From the NCBI RefSeq assembly GCF_001945605.1, contig NZ_MPKA01000101.1, positions 1 to 13,414 on the forward strand: DNA of 13,414 bases. The letters are read 5' to 3'. Within the stretch, counting starts at the first letter, position 1, and every line of letters begins with the position of its first letter. Under the pieces are notes generated by a model. That model saw only the letters and a program-made list of their open reading frames with translations. It made no database searches and was not told the DNA's origin. Shown in pieces: positions 1 through 6,813 of this stretch. The translations under genes were made by a program, and so were the position numbers. This stretch comes from Dubosiella newyorkensis (GTDB lineage Bacteria; Bacillota_I; Bacilli_A; Erysipelotrichales; Erysipelotrichaceae).

Positions 1-64
1 TTTTTGGAAAAGGAATCTCGGTAAATACAAGATCTTCATTATGAGCAGTGGTATTCGTTTCCAT
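1..64 (-). CDS. 5' end (21 codons) of an unidentified protein-coding gene that continues past the window start
   Basis: ATG at complement 62-64 is preceded by AGGAGGTGG (complement 72-80). It reads METNTTAHNEDLVFTEIPFPK to the window edge without a stop. Too short for a family assignment. Confidence 0.45.
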   Translation of the reverse strand, partial: METNTTAHNEDLVFTEIPFPK

Positions 65-348
65 AGGGTAGCCACCTCCTGTGGTTACTCTACTTTAACT
101 TTCATCAGGCTGCTACCCGCTGTTTTAATTCCCGCTTACGATTTTTAACAATTTTATTCGATTGGATCGGGTTATTGTCTTTCACGGCAAGCGCACCTCA
201 GCGAAGCTGTTCTGTTTAATATTTTTTTCATTCTTTTCATGCATTTTAAAACGACCTCCTGTTCTTGAACGATTCTACTATAGTCGTTCGACAGGCGGTC
301 GTAAATCCGCTACTCTATTTTCCACTTACTTTAAAAGGATCGGTAAGC

Positions 349-387
349 AAAAAAGACCCGACGGGTTATCCTGTCGGGTTATTTTTT
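349..387. terminator. Bidirectional rho-independent terminator; ends the minus-strand tRNA operon
   Basis: 10-bp stem ACCCGACGGG (356-365) / CCTGTCGGGT (370-379) with loop TTAT. An A6 run (349-354) lies on one side and a T6 run (382-387) on the other. It sits immediately downstream of tRNA-Phe on the minus strand. Confidence 0.8.
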
Positions 388-390
388 AAA

Positions 391-466
391 TGGTGGTCTC
401 AGTCGGAATCGAACCAACGACACAAGGATTTTCAGTCCTTTGCTCTACCAACTGAGCTATGAGACC
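391..466 (-). tRNA. tRNA-Phe (anticodon GAA), CCA encoded
   Basis: The reverse complement GGTCTCATAGCTCAGTTGGTAGAGCAAAGGACTGAAAATCCTT...TGAGACCACCA folds as a cloverleaf. The anticodon loop is CTGAAAA. Confidence 0.95.
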
Positions 467-470
467 ACAA

Positions 471-547
<77 letters not shown>

Positions 548-571
548 ATATGAATAAAATATAGAAAATAA

Positions 572-662
572 TGGCGGAGAAGCTGGGATTCGAACCCAGG
601 CGCCGCTCACACGACCTACCGGTTTTCAAGACCGGACCCTTCAGCCACTTGGGTACTTCTCC
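572..662 (-). tRNA. tRNA-Ser (anticodon TGA), long variable arm, CCA encoded
   Basis: The reverse complement GGAGAAGTACCCAAGTGGCTGAAGGGTCCGGTCTTGAAAACCGG... is 91 nt with a class II variable arm. The anticodon loop is CTTGAAA. Confidence 0.95.
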
Positions 663-707
663 AAGAAGTAGTGAGTATTACTACGATCGATTTGAATCGA
701 TATATAT

Positions 708-784
708 TGGTGGACCCTGTAGGACTCGAACCTACGACCCGCCGGTTATGAGCCGGATGCTCTGACCAACTGAGCTAAGGGTCC
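708..784 (-). tRNA. tRNA with CAT anticodon, most likely tRNA-Ile2 (lysidine-modified); elongator Met is the alternative
   Basis: The reverse complement is GGACCCTTAGCTCAGTTGGTCAGAGCATCCGGCTCATAACCGG...GGGTCCACCA. The GGNCCC acceptor with C4 and C5, and the position between elongator Met and Ser, match the Met-Ile(CAU)-Ser-fMet order of Bacillus-type tRNA clusters. Confidence 0.85.
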
Positions 785-796
785 TTAAAAACTCGT

Positions 797-873
797 TGGT
801 GGCTGGAGTGAGACTCGAACTCACGACCTTCCGGGTATGAACCGGATGCTCTAGCCAACTAAGCTACCCAGCC
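797..873 (-). tRNA. Elongator tRNA-Met (anticodon CAT), CCA encoded
   Basis: The reverse complement is GGCTGGGTAGCTTAGTTGGCTAGAGCATCCGGTTCATACCCGG...CCAGCCACCA. The anticodon loop TTCATAC is typical of Gram-positive elongator Met. Confidence 0.9.
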
Positions 874-879
874 AAAGAG

Positions 880-956
880 TGGTCGGGACGACAGGATTTG
901 AACCTGCGACCCCTTGATCCCAAATCAAGTGCACTACCAAGCTGTGCTACGTCCCG
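880..956 (-). tRNA. tRNA-Pro (anticodon TGG), CCA encoded
   Basis: The reverse complement is CGGGACGTAGCACAGCTTGGTAGTGCACTTGATTTGGGATCAAG...CGTCCCGACCA. The anticodon loop is TTTGGGA. Confidence 0.95.
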
Positions 957-981
957 ACATATAAAATTTAAATAAAATAAA

Positions 982-1058
982 TGGCGCGCCCAGTAGGAGT
1001 CGAACCCGCAACCTTTTGATCCGTAGTCAAACGCTCTGTCCAATTGAGCTATGGGCGC
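982..1058 (-). tRNA. tRNA-Arg (anticodon ACG), CCA encoded
   Basis: The reverse complement is GCGCCCATAGCTCAATTGGACAGAGCGTTTGACTACGGATCAAA...TGGGCGCGCCA. The anticodon loop is CTACGGA. The T stem has one C.A mismatch. Confidence 0.93.
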
Positions 1059-1083
1059 ATATCACTTTATCAAGTGCTCACTT

Positions 1084-1112
1084 ATATTATCATTGAACCC
1101 TATCGAATGCAA
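1084..1112 (-). promoter_or_regulatory. Sigma-A type promoter of the tRNA operon
   Basis: On the minus strand: TTGCAT (1112-1107), a 17-nt spacer, then TGaTAATAT (extended -10, hexamer 1089-1084). It lies about 25 nt upstream of the tRNA-Arg 5' end, with an A/T-rich UP-like tract further upstream (1113-1150). Confidence 0.7.
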
Positions 1113-1151
1113 CCCCTAAAACAAAAAAAATTAAATTTTTTTTCAATTTTT

Positions 1152-1694
1152 TTATTTCACCTCTTTTACGTACTTTTCTACGCCTTCAAACAAAGTGTCT
1201 TGTAGCACTTTCAAGTATTGTTCAAAGCTGATCGTTTCTCCATACGTCAAGATCTTCATCTCCACTCCAAACAAATCAACTCGATAAGGCATGATCTTTA
1301 AACCATTGCGAAGATAAAAGGCTTCCCGTTTTTTGCGAATGAACTCTTCTTCTGCATCTTCTGCCTTTTCTGGATTCTCGATTTCCAAAACGATCGGCTT
1401 TTCTTCTTCTTCAAAAAAAGTGCGAAGCACTTTAGAGCCTACTTGTCCATTTTGGGCATTGGGATCGATCGCAAAATAATCGATCAACGTGAGTTCATCG
1501 TTTTCCAATGTAAACAACAAACCGACAGCTTCCTCTCCTTTAAGGATCGTGTACATGTTTCCTTTATCTTCTCGATCGATCCGAACAATCGCATCAAATG
1601 GTTTCTTTTCCGAATCAGGAAACGATGTTTCATACAGCTCTCGGACATATTCTATCTCTTCAGGAATGATCGCGCGATATTGGATCTTAGCCAT
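1152..1694 (-). CDS. GNAT family N-acetyltransferase (180 aa)
   Basis: Start chosen at MAKIQY (ATG at complement 1692-1694), behind GGCGAGGTG. It has an acetyl-CoA motif-A-like stretch, DPNAQNGQVGSKVL, and the size and architecture are typical of small GNATs. Confidence 0.8.
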   Translation of the reverse strand: MAKIQYRAIIPEEIEYVRELYETSFPDSEKKPFDAIVRIDREDKGNMYTILKGEEAVGLLFTLENDELTLIDYFAIDPNAQNGQVGSKVLRTFFEEEEKPIVLEIENPEKAEDAEEEFIRKKREAFYLRNGLKIMPYRVDLFGVEMKILTYGETISFEQYLKVLQDTLFEGVEKYVKEVK

Positions 1695-1714
1695 ACAATT
1701 CACCTCGCCTTTCC

Positions 1715-1743
1715 TTGTCGATTCTAACACACACTGCTATAAT
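1715..1743 (+). promoter_or_regulatory. Promoter of ispD; predicted start site coincides with the ATG (leaderless)
   Basis: TTGTCG (1715-1720), a 17-nt spacer, then TGcTATAAT (hexamer 1738-1743). Six T residues follow, then ATG at 1750, and no SD is present. Confidence 0.6.
1721..1729 (-). promoter_or_regulatory. Extended -10 promoter element for the GNAT gene
   Basis: The minus strand reads TGtTAGAAT (hexamer = complement of 1721-1726), about 27 nt upstream of the ATG. No good -35 is present. Confidence 0.45.
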
Positions 1744-1749
1744 TTTTTT

Positions 1750-2397
1750 ATGGAGTACTCAACAATTTTATTAGCGGCCGGCAAAGGAAGCCGCACCCAT
1801 CTCGATTATAATAAGATCTTTTATCATCTGGACAGTCAAAAAACCGTGCTCGACACAAGTCTGGATGTCTTTTTGAACGATCCCGATTGTAAACAAGTCG
1901 TTTTAGTTTGCGCAGAACATGAAATCGACTATATAAAGAGCTTGTACGCGGATCCTAGGATCACCTTTGTCATCGGCGGAGATACAAGACAACGATCTGT
2001 TTATAACGGTCTAGGCGCTGTTCTCTGCGATTACGTCTTTATACACGATGCCGCCCGTCCATATTTAAAAGAATACTCGATCGAGCAGCTCAAAAGCGCG
2101 CTAAAGCAAGAGGACGCCTGCCTATTGATGGTTCCTTGTGTCGATACGATCAAGATGGTCGAGGGTGATTATGTCGCCCAAACTCCTCCTAGAGAAACGA
2201 TGTATCGCGCTCAGACTCCCCAATGCTTTAAAACATCTCTCATCCTGCAATGCCATAAAAAAGCGATGGCCGACCAAAGGGTCGGCACTGATGACGCTCA
2301 GCTTGTCGAGTGGTATGGAAAATGTCCGATCCGCGTCCTGTTAGGTGATGAAGAAAATATCAAGATCACGCTGCCCAATGATTTATTAAACGAGTAA
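1750..2397 (+). CDS. ispD: 2-C-methyl-D-erythritol 4-phosphate cytidylyltransferase (215 aa)
   Basis: The N-terminus MEYSTILLAAGKGSR carries the nucleotide-binding loop. The IHDAARP, RAQTPQCF and GTDDAQLVE motifs match IspD rather than TarI (which has HDSVRP). The longer in-frame ORF from 1489 runs antisense through the GNAT gene and was rejected. Confidence 0.85.
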   Translation: MEYSTILLAAGKGSRTHLDYNKIFYHLDSQKTVLDTSLDVFLNDPDCKQVVLVCAEHEIDYIKSLYADPRITFVIGGDTRQRSVYNGLGAVLCDYVFIHDAARPYLKEYSIEQLKSALKQEDACLLMVPCVDTIKMVEGDYVAQTPPRETMYRAQTPQCFKTSLILQCHKKAMADQRVGTDDAQLVEWYGKCPIRVLLGDEENIKITLPNDLLNE

Positions 2398-2409
2398 GGA
2401 GAACATTTG

Positions 2410-2883
2410 ATGGATTCACTCACGTATTCGGCTCTTATTTTCGAGCCCGTCCAAGAACATTCCTATTCCCGCTTAGAAGAAGCGCTTCCTTTATTTGAGA
2501 AAGATCCAAATTGCGCGCAGATCGTCATATGCTGCCAAGAAGATTGGCTCCTGAAGCTCTCGCTTCATCCACATCAAAAAACGATGCTCGTGCAAATGTC
2601 AAAGCATCCCTACGTTTCTATGGTCAATGGCCTCAAAGCTGTTTGCGAAGATAGTGTCCTCGTACTCGATCTAAACCGGATGTGCAAGCTGGAAGATAAA
2701 CAGCGCGTATTGAAAAAGCTGCAAGAATATCCTGCCATTTATTGTCACGCTTCCTTGCAAGGATTCGACACCCGCCTACTCATGTTTTGTCTTCAATACG
2801 CGATCGAGCAAAACGCGCAAATCGAAAATTATACCCAAGCCGTTTGTCATTTTGGAGACACGCCGCTGGTCTTTTTAGAATGA
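2410..2883 (+). CDS. Degenerate IspD-like protein lacking the catalytic motifs (157 aa)
   Basis: AAGGAG (2396-2401) lies 8 nt before ATG 2410. Collinear similarity to the upstream IspD:
- KDPNCAQIVICCQED vs NDPDCKQVVLVCAEHE
- SMVNGLKAV vs SVYNGLGAV
- VLVLDLNRM vs VFIHDAARP
- AAGKGSR is replaced by FEPVQE. Confidence 0.7.
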   Translation: MDSLTYSALIFEPVQEHSYSRLEEALPLFEKDPNCAQIVICCQEDWLLKLSLHPHQKTMLVQMSKHPYVSMVNGLKAVCEDSVLVLDLNRMCKLEDKQRVLKKLQEYPAIYCHASLQGFDTRLLMFCLQYAIEQNAQIENYTQAVCHFGDTPLVFLE

Positions 2884-2905
2884 ATGCCGAATTCATTCTT
2901 TTTCT
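2877..2905 (+). terminator. Rho-independent terminator after the ispD pair
   Basis: Perfect 9-bp stem AGAATGAAT (2877-2885) / ATTCATTCT (2891-2899) with loop GCCGA, followed by TTTTCTTTATTTTTT. The stop codon lies in the 5' arm. Confidence 0.8.
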
Positions 2906-2961
2906 TTATTTTTTGTTTAGTTTTTTTTATTTCATCCCTAATAATGAATCGTCCCTTCATC

Positions 2962-2970
2962 TGCTAAAAT
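2962..2970 (+). promoter_or_regulatory. Extended -10 promoter of the ATPase gene; leaderless geometry
   Basis: TGcTAAAAT (hexamer 2965-2970) is followed by 6 nt (AGAGCC) and then ATG at 2977. There is no SD and the -35 is poor. Confidence 0.5.
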
Positions 2971-2976
2971 AGAGCC

Positions 2977-5277
2977 ATGAAAAAAACAAATCTTAAAACC
3001 GGTTTGACTAGCGAAGAAATAAAAACAGCCAAAAAAAACATCGTTCACGACAATCTATCTAAATCGTATCGCTCGATCTTCCTACAACATACTTTTACGT
3101 TCTTCAATATCGTCAATTTTATTTTAGCCGCTCTCGTATTCTGGACTGGCTCCTACCGCAACATGTTGTTCATGGGGGTCGTTCTTTCGAATATGGTGAT
3201 CGGAATCGTCCAAGAGATCCGCTCAAAAAAAGTTCTCGATCATCTTGCCTTGATCCACCAAGAACAAGAACTCGTCTTACGGAACGGAAAAGAAGAAACG
3301 ATCCCCATCACCCAAATCGTTCAAGGCGACCTTTTGATCCTTCGCGCAGGCGATCAGATCCCATGCGATGGCCAAATCGTAGAAGGAAGCATCGAATGTT
3401 CCGAAGCAATGCTTACAGGAGAAAGCGATTCGATCGAAAAAGAAGTCGGAAATCGCGTCTTGTCGGGAAGCTTTGTCATCTCAGGAAAAGCGATGATGCA
3501 AGTCGAACAAGTGGGTGAAGATACGTACATTCATTCGATCTTAAAAGAAGCCAAACGCAACAAGCGCTACCCTTCCCAACTCAGGGATGCGATCCAAACG
3601 ATCATTCGGATCTGCACTTTCTCGATCATTCCCGTCGGGATCTTATTGTTTGTAAAACAATATTTCCTTTCCGCCCAAACCCTTCAAGAAACGATCCTTT
3701 CCACTGTAGCCGCTTTGATCGGAATGATCCCAGAAGGACTTGTCATCTTGACAAGCATCGCTCTAGCGATTTCCAGCATGAAATTAGCTAAACAAAATGT
3801 CCTTGTCCAAGAATTGTATTGCACAGAGACTTTGGCTCGCGTCAACATTTTATGTCTCGATAAAACAGGAACGATCACACAAGGAAAAATGAGCGTTCTC
3901 GATGCCGAACAAATCGCTCCTTGCGATCCAAAACAAATCATCGCCAATATGTATGCGGCGCTAAGCGACGATAATTCGACCGCCCAAGCCTTGCGTGAAT
4001 GGGCCGATCTACAACCTAACGAAAAGGCGCTCTCTGCAAAACCTTTTACAAGCGCCAATAAATGTGCACAAGTTCAATTCGCTTCAGGAACCTTTGTATG
4101 TGGCGCTTATACATTCATGACCGATCATCCCGATCCAAACATTGTCGCCAAGATCCAAGAAAGCGCTAAGCAAGGTAAGCGTGTCCTTGCGCTTGCTAAA
4201 AAAGAAGACGACCAGATCGAAGTGCTCGCCTTGATCAACATCCAAGACCGGCTTCGTAAAGATATCCGCCAAGTCTTTCAGTTTTTTCAAAAACAAGACG
4301 TTCAAGTCAAGATCATTTCTGGAGACGATCCTGTCACCGTCGCCGCCTTGGCCAATCAGGCTGGCGTTCCTGGAAAAGGGATCGACATGTCCAAAGTCAG
4401 CGCAGAAGAACTGCCCGAAGTCGTCATGCACAATTCAATTTTTGGACGCGTCAAACCAGAACAAAAAAAGGCCATGATCCTTGCCCTCAAGAAAGCTGGC
4501 AACACAGTCGCGATGAGTGGAGATGGCGTCAACGATGTGATGGCTCTCAAAGAAGCCGATTGCTCGATCGCCATGGGTTCAGGCTCTCAAGCCGCCCGCA
4601 GCATTGCTTCCTTGATCCTTTTGAACGATCAATTCGAAGCGCTGCCTTCGATCTTAGATCAAGGACGCTGCGTCATCAACAATATTCAACGCACCGCCTC
4701 GCTCTTTTTAGTCAAGACGATCTTTTCATTCATCCTTTCGATTTTGACGATCTTTGTCTTGCAAGAGTATCCATTTCAGCCCATTCAGCTGACCTTGATC
4801 TCTTCCTTGGCAATTGGTTTCCCAAGCTTTGTCTTGACTCTTGAACCAGATTATCATCGAGTGACCGGAAACTTTTTACGGACTGTATTTTCAAAAGCCG
4901 TTCCAGGCGCTTTATGCGTCTCGCTTTGCGTCATTACGACCTATATCGTCCAACACTTAATTCCCATGAATCAAGCTCAATTTTCAACGGTATGCACCCT
5001 TTTAGCCGGCGTATGCTCGCTTTGTGTCTTATACAAAACGTGCATTCCTTTGACGCCGCTGCGATTCATCTTGGTGATCGTCATGAGTTCGATCTTTACG
5101 ATCTGTGTTCTTTTCTTAAAAAAAGTGTTCTTTTTAACAAATTTAACAACACCTCTATTCATCTTGACTTTAGCCGAGACTGCCTGTATCCCCTTCTTTT
5201 TATGGATCTTTTATGTATGGATCCAAGAATGGAACAACGCGAGAAAGAAAAAACGTGAAATGAAAAAGCCGCGCTAG
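2977..5277 (+). CDS. Cation-translocating P-type ATPase, P2-like (766 aa); substrate not determinable from sequence
   Basis: TGES actuator motif, PEGL in TM4, the DKTGTIT phosphorylation site, KIISGD, and the GDGVNDVMALKEADCSIAMG hinge. There is no CPC or metal-binding N-terminal domain. Multiple C-terminal TM segments are present. Confidence 0.9.
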   Translation: MKKTNLKTGLTSEEIKTAKKNIVHDNLSKSYRSIFLQHTFTFFNIVNFILAALVFWTGSYRNMLFMGVVLSNMVIGIVQEIRSKKVLDHLALIHQEQELVLRNGKEETIPITQIVQGDLLILRAGDQIPCDGQIVEGSIECSEAMLTGESDSIEKEVGNRVLSGSFVISGKAMMQVEQVGEDTYIHSILKEAKRNKRYPSQLRDAIQTIIRICTFSIIPVGILLFVKQYFLSAQTLQETILSTVAALIGMIPEGLVILTSIALAISSMKLAKQNVLVQELYCTETLARVNILCLDKTGTITQGKMSVLDAEQIAPCDPKQIIANMYAALSDDNSTAQALREWADLQPNEKALSAKPFTSANKCAQVQFASGTFVCGAYTFMTDHPDPNIVAKIQESAKQGKRVLALAKKEDDQIEVLALINIQDRLRKDIRQVFQFFQKQDVQVKIISGDDPVTVAALANQAGVPGKGIDMSKVSAEELPEVVMHNSIFGRVKPEQKKAMILALKKAGNTVAMSGDGVNDVMALKEADCSIAMGSGSQAARSIASLILLNDQFEALPSILDQGRCVINNIQRTASLFLVKTIFSFILSILTIFVLQEYPFQPIQLTLISSLAIGFPSFVLTLEPDYHRVTGNFLRTVFSKAVPGALCVSLCVITTYIVQHLIPMNQAQFSTVCTLLAGVCSLCVLYKTCIPLTPLRFILVIVMSSIFTICVLFLKKVFFLTNLTTPLFILTLAETACIPFFLWIFYVWIQEWNNARKKKREMKKPR

Positions 5278-5287
5278 GCGGCTTTTA
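5263..5287. terminator. Short bidirectional terminator shared by the ATPase gene and the convergent remnant ORF
   Basis: GCCGC (5268-5272) / GCGGC (5278-5282) with loop GCTAG, which contains the ATPase stop codon. It is flanked by an A5 run and a T4 run that can extend the stem. Confidence 0.5.
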
Positions 5288-5313
5288 TCGTTTCATTCGA
5301 GTTTTTCGAACAT

Positions 5314-5526
5314 TTAATGGTTGTTGAAATTTAATTTTAAGTACTTGATCAAAAGATCTTGATACTTTATTGTCTGTTCCCACTCATTTTTAGATCGATA
5401 ATGATCAATGAGCAAAGAATAAAATGGAATTTTTAATTCTACCATTTGAAAAGAAGAAAGTTGAGACCGGATCTCGTTTATCAACTTGGAAAGATCCGAC
5501 TTTTGATAAAGCTCTTGAAGAACCAA
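5314..5526 (-). pseudogene. Possible C-terminal remnant of a helical-repeat (Rgg/TPR-like) regulator
   Basis: 70 codons, opened only by a TTG two codons after an in-frame TAG, with no SD. The helical text (YYxxxxxWEQTIKYQDLLIKYLK) resembles C-termini of peptide-sensing regulators. No upstream continuation is found in any frame. Confidence 0.25.
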
Positions 5527-5755
5527 TCGCTATTGTTTATAAAATTCAAAATTTCGAAAAATTCCTATTCCTTTCCTTTACTATAAATTCTATCATAAAG
5601 GAAATAAAGAAAGGAAAAGATACTATAAAAAAGAAATTATAGAAGTTTATTAGCGCCTTACTTATCGGACTCACAAATAACAATCATAAATAATATCTTC
5701 GGATTCATATCATCACCATATTCGCTACAAATCAAATAGAAAGGCCAAAAATACT

Positions 5756-5899
5756 ATGAAGAAAACCGGTGGAATAGAAGGTACGATCAACGTTGATCAA
5801 ACTCGTGATTCAAAATTATTAGTAAATATTGATTATAAATATACCAAAAGTCGAATAGCAACCAAAACAGCAGAACGTTTTCTTCCATATTGTAGGTAG
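5756..5899 (+). CDS. Hypothetical 47-aa ORF (weak)
   Basis: ATG at 5756, with the stop 3 nt before the next ORF's start. Only a weak purine tract (GAAAGG) lies 11 nt upstream. No recognisable motif. Confidence 0.2.
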   Translation: MKKTGGIEGTINVDQTRDSKLLVNIDYKYTKSRIATKTAERFLPYCR

Positions 5900-5902
5900 A
5901 AA

Positions 5903-6232
5903 ATGATTAAGAAAAAAATCTTGATTGCTTTGATCGTATTTTGTTCTTTCTTATTTCTTTACTTTTTCTTTTTGAGAAAAGATGAACATCCGATCAATTT
6001 AATCAACTTAGACGTATATATCCATGAAAAATTGATTCGACTTGACAGCGTTTATACCCATATTCCACGTAAAAATGACAGCGACACGGACCTTATCTCT
6101 TATCAAACATTTGAAGAGCTGAAAGATCTTATCAAAAGCAATGAGCAATCTACAGATTCCTCATTAAATGTCGATTCAAACAATTCATTACGGTTTGAAC
6201 CTCCCGACGATTCCACTTATCGCTTTATTTGA
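5903..6232 (+). CDS. Hypothetical membrane-anchored protein (109 aa)
   Basis: AGGT lies 5 nt upstream of the ATG. The N-terminus is MIKKKILIALIVFCSFLFLYFFFL (signal anchor), followed by an acidic, Ser/Asp-rich domain. It is the only open frame on either strand here. Confidence 0.45.
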   Translation: MIKKKILIALIVFCSFLFLYFFFLRKDEHPINLINLDVYIHEKLIRLDSVYTHIPRKNDSDTDLISYQTFEELKDLIKSNEQSTDSSLNVDSNNSLRFEPPDDSTYRFI

Positions 6233-6233
6233 T

Positions 6234-6374
6234 ATGAGCCTAATGAAAAAAACAACTGCACAATACGAGAATTTGCAAGTTGAAGAACATCGAGGAAATA
6301 TTTTGATCATTGAACGAACTTGTACGATGGACGATGTCATGATTATCCAACAATATACGCTGCTCGCAGAATGA
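6234..6374 (+). CDS. Hypothetical 46-aa ORF, or a frameshifted continuation of the preceding gene
   Basis: The ATG lies 1 nt after the preceding stop and has no SD. This frame is already open from 6168, overlapping the end of the 109-aa ORF. Confidence 0.2.
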   Translation: MSLMKKTTAQYENLQVEEHRGNILIIERTCTMDDVMIIQQYTLLAE

Positions 6375-6446
6375 ACACAAAACAACAAACAGAATTACAT
6401 AGATGGATCAAATCAATAAATTTGCGCGTTTCAAGCGAAAGGAAGT

Positions 6447-6716
6447 CTATCTTTTTCTACTACGAAGAACGTATCCTTTCGCGTTTTTCATTCCTTCCTT
6501 GAACACAGGTGAGATAAACAAACCCGTCAAGTATCGATAAAACAACACGACCGGTAAGTACCACCACAAATTCCTTGAAAACAAGGTTCCTACTTGCCAA
6601 ACAGTCATGCTCGCATGAAAAGGCGAAGTCATATGTTTCTTTATATAAGGGAATGAGTATTTATGATTCCATGAATGCATCCATTGACGCAAGATACACG
6701 AACTAATCCGTTTCAT
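6447..6716 (-). CDS. Hypothetical small Trp-rich membrane protein (89 aa)
   Basis: GGAAGAGG lies 6 nt upstream of the ATG (complement 6714-6716). It has a basic N-terminus, one hydrophobic segment (LWWYLPVVLFYRYLTGLFISPVF) and a basic tail. It is the only long open frame in this stretch. Confidence 0.5.
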   Translation of the reverse strand: MKRISSCILRQWMHSWNHKYSFPYIKKHMTSPFHASMTVWQVGTLFSRNLWWYLPVVLFYRYLTGLFISPVFKEGMKNAKGYVLRSRKR

Positions 6717-6813
6717 CGACAGCCTCTTCCTAAATCGTTAAGAAAATATAAAACTTTTAGTCAGAAAAGTCAATCTTCTTTCTATTTGCGATAAAAACAA
6801 GTATTTTATAACT

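Noticed and set aside
65-130. A T-box riboswitch call, based on GGTGGCTACC resembling the GGGTGGTACC T-box core.
   Set aside because: That sequence is the SD plus spacer directly before the start codon. I found no Stem I features (specifier loop, AG bulge, distal loop motifs), no antiterminator/terminator pair and no U-tract. I could not make SAM, TPP, FMN, lysine, purine, preQ1 or guanidine motifs fit either.
1443-1749. A long N-terminal extension of ispD (ORF from 1489) and ORF 1443-1727.
   Set aside because: Both lie antisense to the well-supported GNAT gene. IspD homologues start a few residues before the AAGxGxR loop, which fits ATG 1750.
3684-5258. Antisense and out-of-frame ORFs inside the ATPase gene: 3684-4058, 4084-4431, 4356-4574, 4560-4844, 4914-5258 and 4977-5162.
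   Set aside because: They are fully embedded in a gene with unambiguous P-type ATPase motifs. None has an SD or recognisable domains.
6435-6488. GCGAAAGGA (6435-6443) / TCCTTTCGC (6474-6482) followed by T5, considered as a plus-strand terminator for the small-ORF cluster.
   Set aside because: The loop is about 30 nt with only patchy internal pairing, and the 3' arm lies inside the coding end of the convergent 89-aa ORF. It is plausible but too weak to list as a feature.
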